From Spirochaetia bacterium (GTDB taxonomy: Bacteria > Spirochaetota > Spirochaetia > CADAEX01), in contig CAXXHA010000018.1 in assembly GCA_963662265.2 (NCBI GenBank), forward strand, positions 1 to 55,115: 55,115 nt of DNA. The letters run 5' to 3'. The translations under genes and the position numbers were made by a program. This document shows positions 18,135 through 28,706 of this stretch, piece by piece; position 1 is the first letter of the stretch, and every line of letters begins with the position of its first letter. The notes beneath the pieces are model-generated. The model searched no databases. It saw only the letters and a list, made by a program, of their open reading frames with translations, and was not told the origin of the DNA.

Positions 18135-18775
18135 CAGTCATATGCCTCCAGCTTTTTCTCGAGTTTCCTGAAAAGCCCGATAACGCCGCTTGTCATGATG
18201 AGATATATAACAGCTGCTATTACGAAAGGTGTAATCCTGAAGTCCCTTGTGAATACCTCTTTTGCCGACCTGAGAAGGTCTCCCATTCCTATGACAATAA
18301 CAAGAGCCGTATCTTTGACAAGTGTAATTGCCTCGTTGCATGAGGGGGGCAGCGTTCTCTTGAGTGCCTGGGGAAGAATAATCCTCCTCATGGTCTGCCA
18401 GTATGACATATTGAGGGCTTTTGATGCTTCATACTGCCCTCTGTCTATTGACTGTATGCCTGATCTGAAAATTTCCATCATATATGCTGTATAGTTTATT
18501 ATGAATGTGAGACTGGCCGCAGTGAACGGCTTAAGCGATATTCCGAATATTGAGAGTCCGTAGTATATGAAAAACAGCTGAAGAAGAAGAGGAGTTCCTC
18601 TGAATACCCACGCATAAATTCCCAGTGATTTATTAAGGAGTTTAGGCCCGGATACTCTTCCGAGAGCAAACAGTATTGATAGAGGCACAGATCCCAGAAT
18701 TGTTACTGCGCAGAGTTTTAAAGTCAGGCCACATCCTGAAAGGATGTAGCCTGTTGTCTGAATTATATATTCCAA
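18134..18775 (-). CDS. Polar amino acid ABC transporter permease
   Basis: [19 protein letters not shown] and GQYEA...ILPQA motifs. Confidence 0.95.
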   Translation of the reverse strand: MEYIIQTTGYILSGCGLTLKLCAVTILGSVPLSILFALGRVSGPKLLNKSLGIYAWVFRGTPLLLQLFFIYYGLSIFGISLKPFTAASLTFIINYTAYMMEIFRSGIQSIDRGQYEASKALNMSYWQTMRRIILPQALKRTLPPSCNEAITLVKDTALVIVIGMGDLLRSAKEVFTRDFRITPFVIAAVIYLIMTSGVIGLFRKLEKKLEAYD

Positions 18776-18788
18776 ATTCTATTCCTGC

Positions 18789-19610
18789 TTAGTCAAGAAC
18801 GATATTGTCGCCGAACCATTTGTTTGAGATTTCAGCAGCAGTACCGTCTTTTCTCATTTCATCAAGAACATCGTCTACTGCTTTTCTGAAAGAATCATCG
18901 CTCTTTCTGAACCCGATTCCGTATTCCTCAGCACCGAAGTTTTCCTTGATAACCTTGTATTCCCCCGGTTTCTTTGCAAGATAGTATCTCAGGAGAATAG
19001 CATCACCTACAACTGCTTCTACCCTGCCTGCAGAGAGGTCGAGAAGAGCTTCAGGATATTTTCCGTATTTTCTGATTTCACCAGTTTTTCCGCCTACAGT
19101 TTCATCTGCCGCAATAGCATCTTCGCTCGGGCTTCCAAGCTGTACCCCTACAGTTTTACCTTCAAGGTCTTTTTTCTTTTTAATATCAGAATCAGCCAGA
19201 ACTGCCACAGCCTGTGTGTTTGCTAGGTATGGTTTTGAAAAATCAATTTTTTCTGCTCTTTCAGGTTTAATTGTCATACCGTTCCAGATTAAATCGATAT
19301 CACCCTTGTTGAGGCTCAGGATTACACCTGACCATTCAACCGGCTGGATTTCAAGTTCAACACCGAGTCTCTTTGCAACTTCTTTTGCAAGATCAATATC
19401 AAAACCTACAATGTTTCCCGCTTCATCTCTGAATCCCATAGGGGGGAAGCTGTCGTCAAGACCAAGAACAAAATGTCCCTTTGCCTTGATATCTTCAAGT
19501 GATGTGTCGTCTGCTCCCTTTTCCTTACTGCCTCCGGCAAAAAGAACTGATGCTGTGAAAATCATTGATGCTGCAAGCAGCATAGCAAGTACTTTCCTGT
19601 AGTTACTCAT
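18789..19610 (-). CDS. Amino acid ABC transporter substrate-binding protein (family 3), probably arginine
   Basis: GLDDSFPPMGF, GFDIDLA, WNGMTI..ER and YGIGFRK; ARG boxes upstream. Confidence 0.9.
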   Translation of the reverse strand: MSNYRKVLAMLLAASMIFTASVLFAGGSKEKGADDTSLEDIKAKGHFVLGLDDSFPPMGFRDEAGNIVGFDIDLAKEVAKRLGVELEIQPVEWSGVILSLNKGDIDLIWNGMTIKPERAEKIDFSKPYLANTQAVAVLADSDIKKKKDLEGKTVGVQLGSPSEDAIAADETVGGKTGEIRKYGKYPEALLDLSAGRVEAVVGDAILLRYYLAKKPGEYKVIKENFGAEEYGIGFRKSDDSFRKAVDDVLDEMRKDGTAAEISNKWFGDNIVLD

Positions 19611-19808
19611 TTTCCCTCCTGGATTTTAATCATTTCTGGTTCCCCTGTCCCCTTTTTACCCGCCTGTTGAAGCGGATTCTGTCTGCGGTATTTCAGAAAC
19701 AATTTTCTTTGTTTTTTGTATTGTATACCCTGTTTGCTCCGGACAGATTTAGGAGAATCCTTAAAAATGTTCAGACTATGGGTAAGCATGAACCGGAATA
19801 CCGGCCTG

Positions 19809-19921
19809 AATGTATTTCTATGCAGAAATACTGTAATTGATAATATAAGAAATGATTATATAAAGCAATAAAGAGCAGTTAAATTGTATATATTTTCATG
19901 ATTTTAGAATTATTATGCAAT
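19809..19921. promoter_or_regulatory. ArgR-binding ARG boxes (a tandem pair plus a single box)
   Basis: atTGTATatatTTTCAtg (19883-19900), 3 bp, ttAGAATtattATGCAat (19904-19921); third box aaTGTATttctATGCAga (19809-19826). Consensus is WNTGAATWWWWATTCANW. Confidence 0.6.
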
Positions 19922-19929
19922 GATAATTC

Positions 19930-20253
19930 TCAGCCGAATTTTACTGCAGTACCGTAGACAAGGACTTCTGCAGCCCCCTGCATAAGGGAAGTGGATGTGT
20001 AGCGGATATTGACTACTGCATCAGCTCCGAGTTTTTCAGCCTCTTCCACCATCCGCTTTGTGGCAATAGCTCTTGCCTTGTTGATAAGACCTGTGTACTC
20101 GGTGAGTTCTCCCCCTATGAGGGTCTTGAGTCCGCTCATAATATCCTTGCCCAGGTGCTTTGATTGTATGGAAGATCCCCTTACAAGTGAAAGATGGATG
20201 ATTTTTTTACCTGAAACAGTATCAGTATTTACTAATATCATCTTTTTCCTCAT
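19930..20253 (-). CDS. ybjQ: YbjQ (UPF0145) family protein
   Basis: GKDIMSGLKTLIGGELTEYT...AR..A..RM...A..LGADAVV...EVLVYGTAV; the start may be the Met of MILVNT. Confidence 0.9.
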   Translation of the reverse strand: MRKKMILVNTDTVSGKKIIHLSLVRGSSIQSKHLGKDIMSGLKTLIGGELTEYTGLINKARAIATKRMVEEAEKLGADAVVNIRYTSTSLMQGAAEVLVYGTAVKFG

Positions 20254-20446
20254 TTATAAGCTCTTTAATTCTCTGTATCAGTATGACAGGCATGATAAGG
20301 AGAATTGCGCCTATTATTGAAAGAGCTGTATATAAAAGCCAGTCCGGCATAGGCAGATTGTCAGCAGATCTGATAAGAAAAAAGCCGTATCCCACAAGGA
20401 TGGATGAGAAGATTAATGTTATGATTACAGGAACAAAATATCTCAC
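20222..20446 (-). CDS. Small two-TM membrane protein
   Basis: 74 aa with two TM helices and a C-terminal QRIKELINEEKDDISKY; overlaps ybjQ. Confidence 0.7.
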   Translation of the reverse strand: MRYFVPVIITLIFSSILVGYGFFLIRSADNLPMPDWLLYTALSIIGAILLIMPVILIQRIKELINEEKDDISKY

Positions 20447-20537
20447 TGGAATTCAATATAAAGTATTTTATTTAGTTGTCAAGCGTTTTAAAATTTTCAT
20501 GAATTATTGATAAAGATATGCCGAAAATAGTTTATAT

Positions 20538-22823
20538 ATGAAAAGGATTCTGATTGTATTAATAATATTCTCCGCAGTTTCGGTTTATGCCGAGGTTACT
20601 TTCGGCGGAATTGATCTCTATAAGGAAGATAAGACGCTTTTCTCGGCAGATGTTGATCTCCCCGGAAACGGCAGAGTCAAAAACTACAGTACACTGCTGC
20701 AGGCAGACCTTTCGACAAAGCTTATACAGCAGCTTACTTTTTTTCCTGAAAATGTTCTCTATCTCACTGAAAACGGCAATATTCAGATAAGCAACAGGTT
20801 TGGTGTTTTCAGAAGTGACAGGACCTTGAGAAAATTTCAGCCTGTCATAGAATTCCCCTCGTTTGTAAACGGGAGCCAGATAAGGACAGGCAAGATACCC
20901 GCATCTGTATCTTCTCCTGACGGTTCATACCTTGTATATATTGTACCTGATACTCCCGGTTTCGGAAAACTTGTTATTTATGATCTCAAGACTGATGAGG
21001 AAATTGTAGTAACAGAGCAGATTGAATATACGTTTTCCGAGTCCAGGGTAATATGGTCATCAGATTCCCGAATAATGATCTATGAAAAAAACAATGCAGT
21101 TTATTATTATACAGTTGACAAGAAGAGTCCCGGAAATGCTATTGCGGAAAAATTCAGAAAGATCGGCAACGGCAAAATCAGCAATGTAATCTGGAGCGGG
21201 GATGGTGTCTACTATCTCAAAGATTCATTTATTTTCAAAATACGTAGTTCCGAGCTTTTTGCAACATCCCTATACAGTGACCATATCGATACAGGAGAGG
21301 TGAAAGGCAAGATCCCTTTTACTTTTGACCCCAGTTTTGATAATTTCTGGATTTCCCCTGAAGGCGATGAGGTGATTGTATGCAAGGGTGGACGGGACTA
21401 TTTCTATTACAGGCTGGATAAAGACACATTTTTTGAAGTCAGCGATGTTAAATCACTTCCCCATATTTTTCTCCCCCGAAACAGTTCTGTCAAGAAGCTT
21501 GTATGGGGGAAAAACGGGATTGTAACAATTCTCACCCGGACCATGGTTGCGGGCAGGAATAAAACAGCTGTTTTCCGGCTTGATACTTCTGAGCCGGGAA
21601 AGGATCTCTCTTTTACCCAGATTGACGGAACAGGAATTCATGATATTTTTCTTTCTGATGACAGCAGGAGGATTGCGATAGTCAGGGACAACAGGGTGGA
21701 TATCAAGTGGTATGATACATGGAATAATATCAAGGAATATGATTTCCCATCCCCTCTTAAATGTATCTGGAAAAACAGCGAAGAAATCATTGTATTCGGA
21801 GCAAGTTACACTTCTCTTTTGAAGACAAGAACCGGCGAGAGCAGTGTTCTTACCCTGTCCCAGGTTGAAAAATCAGGGTTTGATAAAAACGACAGCAGTA
21901 TTGTTGCCCTGAACAGCGGTAAATACTATAAATGGAATCCTGAAGGTATCTGGGAAGATACAGTAAAAAGGACTATAGAACCTAACGGCAATGCTTCTGA
22001 CAGCTACCGAGTATACCTTGAAAAATCAACCGGGAAAAGCTATAAAAACATGGTATTTGTCAGGGATATAAGCAATTTTATCACAGAAACCCTCTTTCCT
22101 CATCCGGTTGTTGAATATGATCCCATACCTGTAAAAGAGGAAACTGTTGATTTCAGTAATTTTACACACGGATCCCGGACAAGGGGCAGGTATGTTTCCC
22201 TTGTCTTCAATGCAGTGAAGGATGATGCAGGCCTGACACGGATCCTGAATCTTCTCTCAGACTACGGAATAAAGGGAACATTCTTTGTGAACGGCGATTT
22301 CATGAAGAGACATCCGGGTGCAGTCAAAGAGATAGCAGATTCGGGACATGAAACAGGATCCCTGTTTTACTATTACTTCAATCTTACAGATGCGGCCCTT
22401 AGAATAGACAGCGATTTCATTAAAAAAGGGCTTGCCAGGAATGAAGATGAGTTTTTTAAAACAACAGGAAAAGAGCTTTCTCTTCTGTGGCATGCTCCCT
22501 ATTACTTCGTAAACAGCAGTATTATTGATGCGGCAGAAGAGATGAATTACAGTTATATAGGAAGGGATGTTATAACTCTTGACTGGAAATCTGATTATGA
22601 TACCAATTACGGGACTGAAAGATTTTATAAATCAGCATCAGAGCTTGTTGAAGATATAGTTAAGCAGAAAAAGCCGGGATCAATAATTACAGTGACTATA
22701 GGCCGACCTGACAAAGGGAGAAAAGATTATCTTTTCCAGCATCTTGAGAATCTTATAAACAATCTGATTACATCTGGGTATAATATTGTGCCTGTTTCAG
22801 AGCAGATTGAAATTTCAAGGTAG
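20538..22823 (+). CDS. Exported protein: TolB-like beta-propeller region + C-terminal polysaccharide deacetylase (NodB)-like domain
   Basis: Signal peptide; SPDG/WS.DS propeller repeats; GTFFVNGDF...GHETG...WHAPYY...PGSII NodB-like core. Confidence 0.8.
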   Translation: MKRILIVLIIFSAVSVYAEVTFGGIDLYKEDKTLFSADVDLPGNGRVKNYSTLLQADLSTKLIQQLTFFPENVLYLTENGNIQISNRFGVFRSDRTLRKFQPVIEFPSFVNGSQIRTGKIPASVSSPDGSYLVYIVPDTPGFGKLVIYDLKTDEEIVVTEQIEYTFSESRVIWSSDSRIMIYEKNNAVYYYTVDKKSPGNAIAEKFRKIGNGKISNVIWSGDGVYYLKDSFIFKIRSSELFATSLYSDHIDTGEVKGKIPFTFDPSFDNFWISPEGDEVIVCKGGRDYFYYRLDKDTFFEVSDVKSLPHIFLPRNSSVKKLVWGKNGIVTILTRTMVAGRNKTAVFRLDTSEPGKDLSFTQIDGTGIHDIFLSDDSRRIAIVRDNRVDIKWYDTWNNIKEYDFPSPLKCIWKNSEEIIVFGASYTSLLKTRTGESSVLTLSQVEKSGFDKNDSSIVALNSGKYYKWNPEGIWEDTVKRTIEPNGNASDSYRVYLEKSTGKSYKNMVFVRDISNFITETLFPHPVVEYDPIPVKEETVDFSNFTHGSRTRGRYVSLVFNAVKDDAGLTRILNLLSDYGIKGTFFVNGDFMKRHPGAVKEIADSGHETGSLFYYYFNLTDAALRIDSDFIKKGLARNEDEFFKTTGKELSLLWHAPYYFVNSSIIDAAEEMNYSYIGRDVITLDWKSDYDTNYGTERFYKSASELVEDIVKQKKPGSIITVTIGRPDKGRKDYLFQHLENLINNLITSGYNIVPVSEQIEISR

Positions 22824-23013
22824 CGGATTTTGAAATTCTGTGTTATAAAGTATTTTACATGTTTTATCTGACAGATATTGCCTGCAGATAAAATATTGTT
22901 CCTGTCACAGATTTTCAAATGTTTTATTAAATTGCTGTATGTTTCAGCAGATAATTATATACCGGGGAGTCTTCCCCAAAAATAAAATCAAATTGAGCGG
23001 GGTGATGTATTAA

Positions 23014-23427
23014 ATGGATCCTTTAAACATGTATCGTGAAACTTCTATCAAAACTTCAAGCCAGGGTAAGCTTATTGTCCTCCTTTATGACAAGGCAATT
23101 AATTCAACTGAAAAAGCTATTTCACTTCTTGACAGCGGCGATAAAAGACTGGACCTTGTCAACAATGCAATAATCAGAGCGCAGGAAATAATTACAGAAC
23201 TTTCCGCATCTCTTGACTTTGACAAAGGGAAGGATATTGCATCAAACCTTTTCAGCCTTTATATCTATTTCAATCAGCAGCTTATGACAGCAAACCTTGA
23301 AAAAGATTCAGGGCATATAAAACCTGTCCTTGCAATGCTTCAGGACTTGAGAGGTGCATGGAAGCAGATCGAAAATACAAAAGACCAGTCTTCTGCAAGT
23401 TCTGTAGGTATCGACGTTGCCGGTTAA
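23014..23427 (+). CDS. fliS: Flagellar export chaperone FliS
   Basis: Y.ETSIKTSSQGKLIVLLYD...AQEIITEL..SLDF..G.DIA.NL..LY.Y...LR.AW. Confidence 0.95.
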   Translation: MDPLNMYRETSIKTSSQGKLIVLLYDKAINSTEKAISLLDSGDKRLDLVNNAIIRAQEIITELSASLDFDKGKDIASNLFSLYIYFNQQLMTANLEKDSGHIKPVLAMLQDLRGAWKQIENTKDQSSASSVGIDVAG

Positions 23428-23860
23428 CAGACTTATTCAGGCGCAGGAGATCCTGATTTCAAAACTATCCAAATATCTTCATCTTGTCAGTGTACAGAGC
23501 AGGTCTATTCAGGATGAGGATGTTGAGAAACTTGTCAACCAGACAGAAGCCGGAAGAGTAATAACTGAAGAGATTGTTTCACTTAATAAAACAGTCCTTG
23601 GTATTCTCAGCGATATAATCCAGGCAGGACTGTTTTCCGAATCCATAGAAATCCAGTATGAGAAAGACAGGAAAGCATGCAGCGATCTTATTGCCCGGAT
23701 AGAGGAGCAGAGCAGCTATAACAGGGAACAGCTTACATCTCTCAAGGAGAAATACCATAGAAGCATTGAAATAGTTGAAAAAACAGTTTCTGCTGATATG
23801 AAAAAGCTTCTTTCCACCTCTTTTCCCGATGCGCCTGAACTTGTGGATATCGAGGCATAG
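23417..23860 (+). CDS. Helical protein, FlgN/FliT-like flagellar chaperone
   Basis: Overlaps fliS; predicted coiled coil; C-terminal ...LVDIEA; TTG start. Confidence 0.55.
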   Translation: MPVNRLIQAQEILISKLSKYLHLVSVQSRSIQDEDVEKLVNQTEAGRVITEEIVSLNKTVLGILSDIIQAGLFSESIEIQYEKDRKACSDLIARIEEQSSYNREQLTSLKEKYHRSIEIVEKTVSADMKKLLSTSFPDAPELVDIEA

Positions 23861-24083
23861 TAAAAAACTGAAAACATTGTTTTAATTATTCAAAAAAAGA
23901 CCGGAAACAGGCGGGACAGACAATAACAATCCCCTGGTCGCCAGTTCCTGCGGGTATTGTTTTTCTGCAGGCTGCGGGGTACAGGGTGCCCTATGGGGAT
24001 TAATCCTGCCCAGTGAAGAAAAAATCCATATACTTGGTTAAAATGCTTTACTTCTCCTTATCCGAAATGATAAATATTTATGT

Positions 24084-26903
24084 ATGAAAAAACCTTTTTA
24101 TATACTTGACGGGTACAGCCTGATTTATAAATCATATTTCGCTTTTATCAGAAATCCCCTTTTCAATCATGACGGGGATAATACTTCGGCAGTTTTCGGA
24201 TTTTTCCGTTCCCTGTTCAGCTTCATCAATGAATACAAGCCTGAATACTTTGCAGTTGCAATGGATTCGCTTGTTCCCACTTTCCGGCATGAGCAGTATG
24301 ACCAGTACAAGGCAACCAGGGACAAGACTCCTGATGATCTCCATGAGCAGATCCCCAGAATAGAAAAAATACTCGAAGCTCTTTCCATAAAGGCAGTGCG
24401 TGTAAATCGCTATGAAGCGGATGATATAATTGCCACATATGCCAAGAAATGCAGCGATGAAGAAAGGCCCTGTTTTATTCTTACCGGGGACAAGGATCTC
24501 ATGCAGCTTGTGGATGATAATGTCAGAATCCTGAAATCCGACAAGGCCGGATATATTGAAATTGATCATGATGGTGTTCTTGAAAATTACGGAGTAAGAC
24601 CGGATCAGATAATCGACTACCTCTCTCTCACAGGAGACTCTGCAGACAATATCCCCGGTGTAAAAGGGATTGGTCCCAAGACAGCTTCCGGGCTTCTTGA
24701 AGAATATGACACTGTCGAGGGAATATATAATAACATTGAAAAACTCAAACCCAGTGCATCAAAAAAGATGGAAGCTGACAGGGAAAGCTGCATGATGAGC
24801 AGGCAGCTTGTCATTCTGGATTTTGATGTTCCTGTGGAATACCGCATAGAAGATTTTTCAACATCAGCTATTGATTACAGCTCAGCAAGGCCTCTTCTTG
24901 AGAAGGAGAATGCAAAGAGCCTTGTTAAGTGGATTGATACAAACTATCCGGATACATCTGAATCATCTGACGGGCAGGGAGATCTCTTTGCATCAGTCTC
25001 TGAACCAGGTAAGGGTAAAAGCTCAAAATCATCTCCTGCCCCGGATGATTCAGGTAAAGGGATTACTGATGACTCACCGGATGATGCAAAAAAAGCTGAC
25101 AGGGACCCATCATTAAGCATTAAGGGGGAATATGAGGCAGTCTTAAGCTATGATGATCTTGACAGGTGGATTGAACTTGTTAAAAAAGAGAAGATATTTT
25201 CATTTGATATAGAGACAGATAATCTTGATACAATAAAGGCAAACCCTGTGGGGTTTTCCATATCTGTGAAATCGGGAAGCGGATGCTATATTCCGCTTAT
25301 CGCAGGCGGGGAGGAGATTCTTTCCGCTTCAATAGTAAAGAACAAACTTAAAGAGATAATCGAGGATGAAAGCCTCAGTCTTATAGGGCAGAATATCAAG
25401 TATGATTACAAAGTTCTCCGGATGTGGGGGCTGAATCCTTCAAACATATGGTTTGATACAATGATTGCAGCATGGCTTGTAAACTCAAGGATATCCTCTT
25501 ACAGCATGGACAGCCTTGCGGAGTATTACCTGGGTTATGAAACAGTCCACTTCAGCGATATTGTGCCAAAGGACAAGCTGTTTCAGGATGTTGATCTTGA
25601 TACTGCTGTAAACTATGCTGCTGAAGATGCAGACATAACATACCGACTCTATGAAGTCCTCCGTCCCCTGGTTGAGGATAAATACAGCGATCTTTTTTAT
25701 AAAACAGAAATGCCTCTTGTTTACATACTTGCCGAAATGGAGCTTGAAGGGGTAAGGGTAAGGAAGGAATCGCTTGAAGCATTGAGCCGGGACCTTGAGA
25801 AAACAATTGCTGAAATATCTGAAGAAGTTTACAAGCTGTGCAGAAAGGAGTTCAACATAGGCTCAACAAAACAGCTCCAGGAGGTCCTATTTACAGACAG
25901 GAAACTTAAGCCTGTCAAGAAAACAAAGACCGGTTTTTCGACAGATAATACAGTTCTGGAAATACTTGCAAATGAAGATCCTGTTCCCGCCCTTGTTCTG
26001 AAGTACAGGGGGCTTTCAAAGCTTAAATCAACCTATGTGGATGCTCTTCCGAAGCTTATACAGGAAACAACATCAAGAATACATACAACATTCAGGCAGA
26101 CAGGGACCCAGACAGGACGCCTCTCAAGCATTAACCCCAACCTGCAGAATATCCCGATAAAGGATGAAGAGGGGAGAAAGATCCGGAAAGCATTCATACC
26201 TACAGGCGGCAAGGTTTTCCTGAGCGCAGATTATTCCCAGATTGAACTTGTTGTTCTTGCTCATCTTTCTGAAGACCCTGGGCTTATCAAGGCATTTACA
26301 GAAGGAATTGATGTTCACCGGATGACAGCTTCGCTGATATTCCAGGTCGAGCCTGATGAGGTTAGTGCTGATCAGAGAAGAATTGCAAAGACTATCAACT
26401 TCGGGGTTATGTACGGAATGTCAGGCTTCCGCCTTTCGAGAGAGCTTAAAATACCGAGGAAACAGGCTGATGAGTTTATAAGCTCCTATTTTGAAAGATA
26501 TGCGAATATCAGGAAATTTATAGATGACACAGTCTCTGTTGCAGAGAAGAACGGCTCTGTCACAACAATACTCGGCAGGGAAAGAACTATCGCCGGGATT
26601 AACAGTAAGAATAAGAATGAGAAAAACGGCGCGGAGAGGATGGCGGTGAATACCCCGATCCAGGGTTCAGCAGCCGATATTGTAAAGCTTGCCATGCTGA
26701 AGATTGATAAAAAGATAAGAAGTGGGAAACTGAATTCAAGGCTTGTGCTTCAGGTACATGATGAGCTTATCTATGAGGTGCCTCTCTCTGAAGTGGATGA
26801 AATGAAGCAGCTTGTGAAATATGAGATGGAGAATGTCTTTAAACTGAAAACTCCTCTCCGGGTAAGTATAGAGACAGGCGAAAGCTGGGGAGACATGCAT
26901 TGA
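24084..26903 (+). CDS. polA: DNA polymerase I
   Basis: 5'-3' exonuclease (LDGYS, YEADD, GDSADNIPGV), 3'-5' exonuclease (FDIET, YAAEDA) and polymerase motifs (DYSQIEL, AKTINFG, QVHDEL). Confidence 0.98.
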   Translation: MKKPFYILDGYSLIYKSYFAFIRNPLFNHDGDNTSAVFGFFRSLFSFINEYKPEYFAVAMDSLVPTFRHEQYDQYKATRDKTPDDLHEQIPRIEKILEALSIKAVRVNRYEADDIIATYAKKCSDEERPCFILTGDKDLMQLVDDNVRILKSDKAGYIEIDHDGVLENYGVRPDQIIDYLSLTGDSADNIPGVKGIGPKTASGLLEEYDTVEGIYNNIEKLKPSASKKMEADRESCMMSRQLVILDFDVPVEYRIEDFSTSAIDYSSARPLLEKENAKSLVKWIDTNYPDTSESSDGQGDLFASVSEPGKGKSSKSSPAPDDSGKGITDDSPDDAKKADRDPSLSIKGEYEAVLSYDDLDRWIELVKKEKIFSFDIETDNLDTIKANPVGFSISVKSGSGCYIPLIAGGEEILSASIVKNKLKEIIEDESLSLIGQNIKYDYKVLRMWGLNPSNIWFDTMIAAWLVNSRISSYSMDSLAEYYLGYETVHFSDIVPKDKLFQDVDLDTAVNYAAEDADITYRLYEVLRPLVEDKYSDLFYKTEMPLVYILAEMELEGVRVRKESLEALSRDLEKTIAEISEEVYKLCRKEFNIGSTKQLQEVLFTDRKLKPVKKTKTGFSTDNTVLEILANEDPVPALVLKYRGLSKLKSTYVDALPKLIQETTSRIHTTFRQTGTQTGRLSSINPNLQNIPIKDEEGRKIRKAFIPTGGKVFLSADYSQIELVVLAHLSEDPGLIKAFTEGIDVHRMTASLIFQVEPDEVSADQRRIAKTINFGVMYGMSGFRLSRELKIPRKQADEFISSYFERYANIRKFIDDTVSVAEKNGSVTTILGRERTIAGINSKNKNEKNGAERMAVNTPIQGSAADIVKLAMLKIDKKIRSGKLNSRLVLQVHDELIYEVPLSEVDEMKQLVKYEMENVFKLKTPLRVSIETGESWGDMH

Positions 26904-27081
26904 TCTTTTCGGGAAACTGTCCCCGGATTTTTTGTTTCTGGCAGAAATACGGCCTGCAGGATGCCGCCCGATCGGTCTGAAGATGTTTTATTGGATTAAC
27001 TTTTCTGATGGCAGCAGCTGATCAGTTTTGTGAACAGAAAATTATGAAGTATTTTAACTTGAGTCATACAGGGGGTAGGAT

Positions 27082-27672
27082 GTGGTTATTGCAGGCCTGA
27101 CAGGTAAATACTGTGCAGGTAAAAACACAGTTGCGTCTGTTTTTGAAAAGTCGGGATTTGTCCATATAGATGTTGACCGGCTGGGTCATGCTGCTCTTCT
27201 CAGGATAAAGGATGAAGTTGTGGCTCACTTCGGCAGCGGAATTCTTGACGGGGATGATATAAACAGGAAGAAGCTCGGCAGCATAGTGTTTTCGGATGAG
27301 AAAGAAAAGGCTGCTCTTGAGAGGATGATACATCCCTGCATGGTCGAGATGGTTGAGGAAAAGATAGCTGAGAACAGCGGATCTGATATTCTTGTCAATG
27401 CGGCAATCCTTCATCAGATGGGGCTTGATAAGCTGTGCACCGCAGTTGTATGGGTAGATGCACCTCTCTTTACAAGGATAAAACGGGCCCTGAAACGGGA
27501 CAATTTATCACTCAGAGAAGTATTTAAAAGAATCAGCACACAATGCAATCTCAATGCTAATCTAATGAAAAAAAACTCCGATACTTATACTATAAGAAAC
27601 AGCGGAGATATTGTAAAAGTCTCTGCCGCTGTTGAAAAACTGATTGAAAAACTAAAAGAAGGAAACATATAA
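27082..27672 (+). CDS. coaE: Dephospho-CoA kinase
   Basis: GLTGKYCAGK P-loop, D.D.LGH, INRKKLG.IVF and LE..IHP. Confidence 0.92.
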   Translation: MVIAGLTGKYCAGKNTVASVFEKSGFVHIDVDRLGHAALLRIKDEVVAHFGSGILDGDDINRKKLGSIVFSDEKEKAALERMIHPCMVEMVEEKIAENSGSDILVNAAILHQMGLDKLCTAVVWVDAPLFTRIKRALKRDNLSLREVFKRISTQCNLNANLMKKNSDTYTIRNSGDIVKVSAAVEKLIEKLKEGNI

Positions 27673-27676
27673 GGAT

Positions 27677-28342
27677 ATGGAACAGCAGAAAATACTCTGG
27701 ATAATTCTTTCTGTCGCAGTACTGCTTCTTGTAGTGCTGGGGGCAGGTTTGTTTATGTTCAGCCCTGCATCAGGCAAAAGCACAGATGATACTCAGCTGG
27801 CTTCTGCAAGGGTTATAACGCCGGATGAATTTGATCCGATTGAATGGGCGCAGAATAACGAGGAATACCCCGGTATAGATAAGGAAGAGAAAGAAGCTTC
27901 AGATGCTGATTCTGAATTTGTTGTAGTATATGGAGAAACAGGCGAGAAAGAGGAACCTGTTGTTGAAGAGAAAGAAACAGAAGTTGCTGTTGTGGCAGAA
28001 CCGGTAAAGAAACCTGTTCCGGTTAAGCTGGCGCCTGTTAAGCCTGCCCCGGTTAAGCCAGCACCTGTAAAGAAGACTGTTCAGAAAGTAAGTGTTACTG
28101 AATACTGGATTCAGACAGGTTCGTTTTCCTCAGTTGCTTCTGCGGAAAAGGCAAAACAGACACTTGTTTCAAAAGGTTTCACCCCGACAATAACAACCAA
28201 GGATGTGAGCGGAACAAGTTATTTCAGAGTAAGGCTCGGTCCTTACCCTTCAAAAGATGAGGCTGATAAATTCCTTCACTGGGTAAAGGGGATAGACGGT
28301 TTTATTGAAAGCTATGTGTCAAAGGTTTATACAAAGAGATAA
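27677..28342 (+). CDS. SPOR domain cell-division protein
   Basis: N-terminal TM, acidic and KPAPV-repeat linker, C-terminal WIQTGSF...YFRVRLGPY SPOR domain. Confidence 0.9.
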   Translation: MEQQKILWIILSVAVLLLVVLGAGLFMFSPASGKSTDDTQLASARVITPDEFDPIEWAQNNEEYPGIDKEEKEASDADSEFVVVYGETGEKEEPVVEEKETEVAVVAEPVKKPVPVKLAPVKPAPVKPAPVKKTVQKVSVTEYWIQTGSFSSVASAEKAKQTLVSKGFTPTITTKDVSGTSYFRVRLGPYPSKDEADKFLHWVKGIDGFIESYVSKVYTKR

Positions 28343-28558
28343 ACTGTAAAATTTGTTTGTCAGGCTGCTTTTGTGTTTCCTCTTCTGATATAAAAAGTTC
28401 AGGGGTAGCAGAATGAAAAGGTACAGCAGCTGATAAATATTTGAAAAGACGTTGTTTGTAAAAAAGAATTGCTGCCGGTAAATTACAGGCAGAGATTATT
28501 GCAGTTCTTTTTTACTTTAAATTAAATGAATCAGATTGATTCGATTAAGATATATATG

Positions 28559-28595
28559 GCTGCAGGTCGGGGTTTGCTGATCTGCGGCTTTTTTT
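28559..28595 (+). terminator. Rho-independent terminator
   Basis: gctgcaggtcgg...ctgatctgcggc stem followed by a T-run. Confidence 0.55.
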
Positions 28596-28706
28596 ATTCT
28601 GCCCTGTATTTTCTGATTCTTATTTTATGTCTGTATCCTATGCTGGTCCGCTTGAAATAATTATTCGGCAGTTTCTTTTTTTTAATACCTGAGTTTTGTA
28701 TCTCAT

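Noticed and set aside
19611-19800. T-box or lysine riboswitch in the ABC transporter leader; also the 60-aa ORF 19607-19789
   Set aside because: I found no T-box (TGGNACC) antiterminator context or lysine-riboswitch core, and ARG boxes explain the regulation better. The ORF has no coding features.
24084-26903. Intein in polA or in ATPase subunit A
   Set aside because: The lengths are near normal, and there are no C...HN splice junctions or LAGLIDADG motifs.
28000-28072. 15-bp tandem repeats
   Set aside because: They encode the ordinary KPAPV linker of the SPOR protein.
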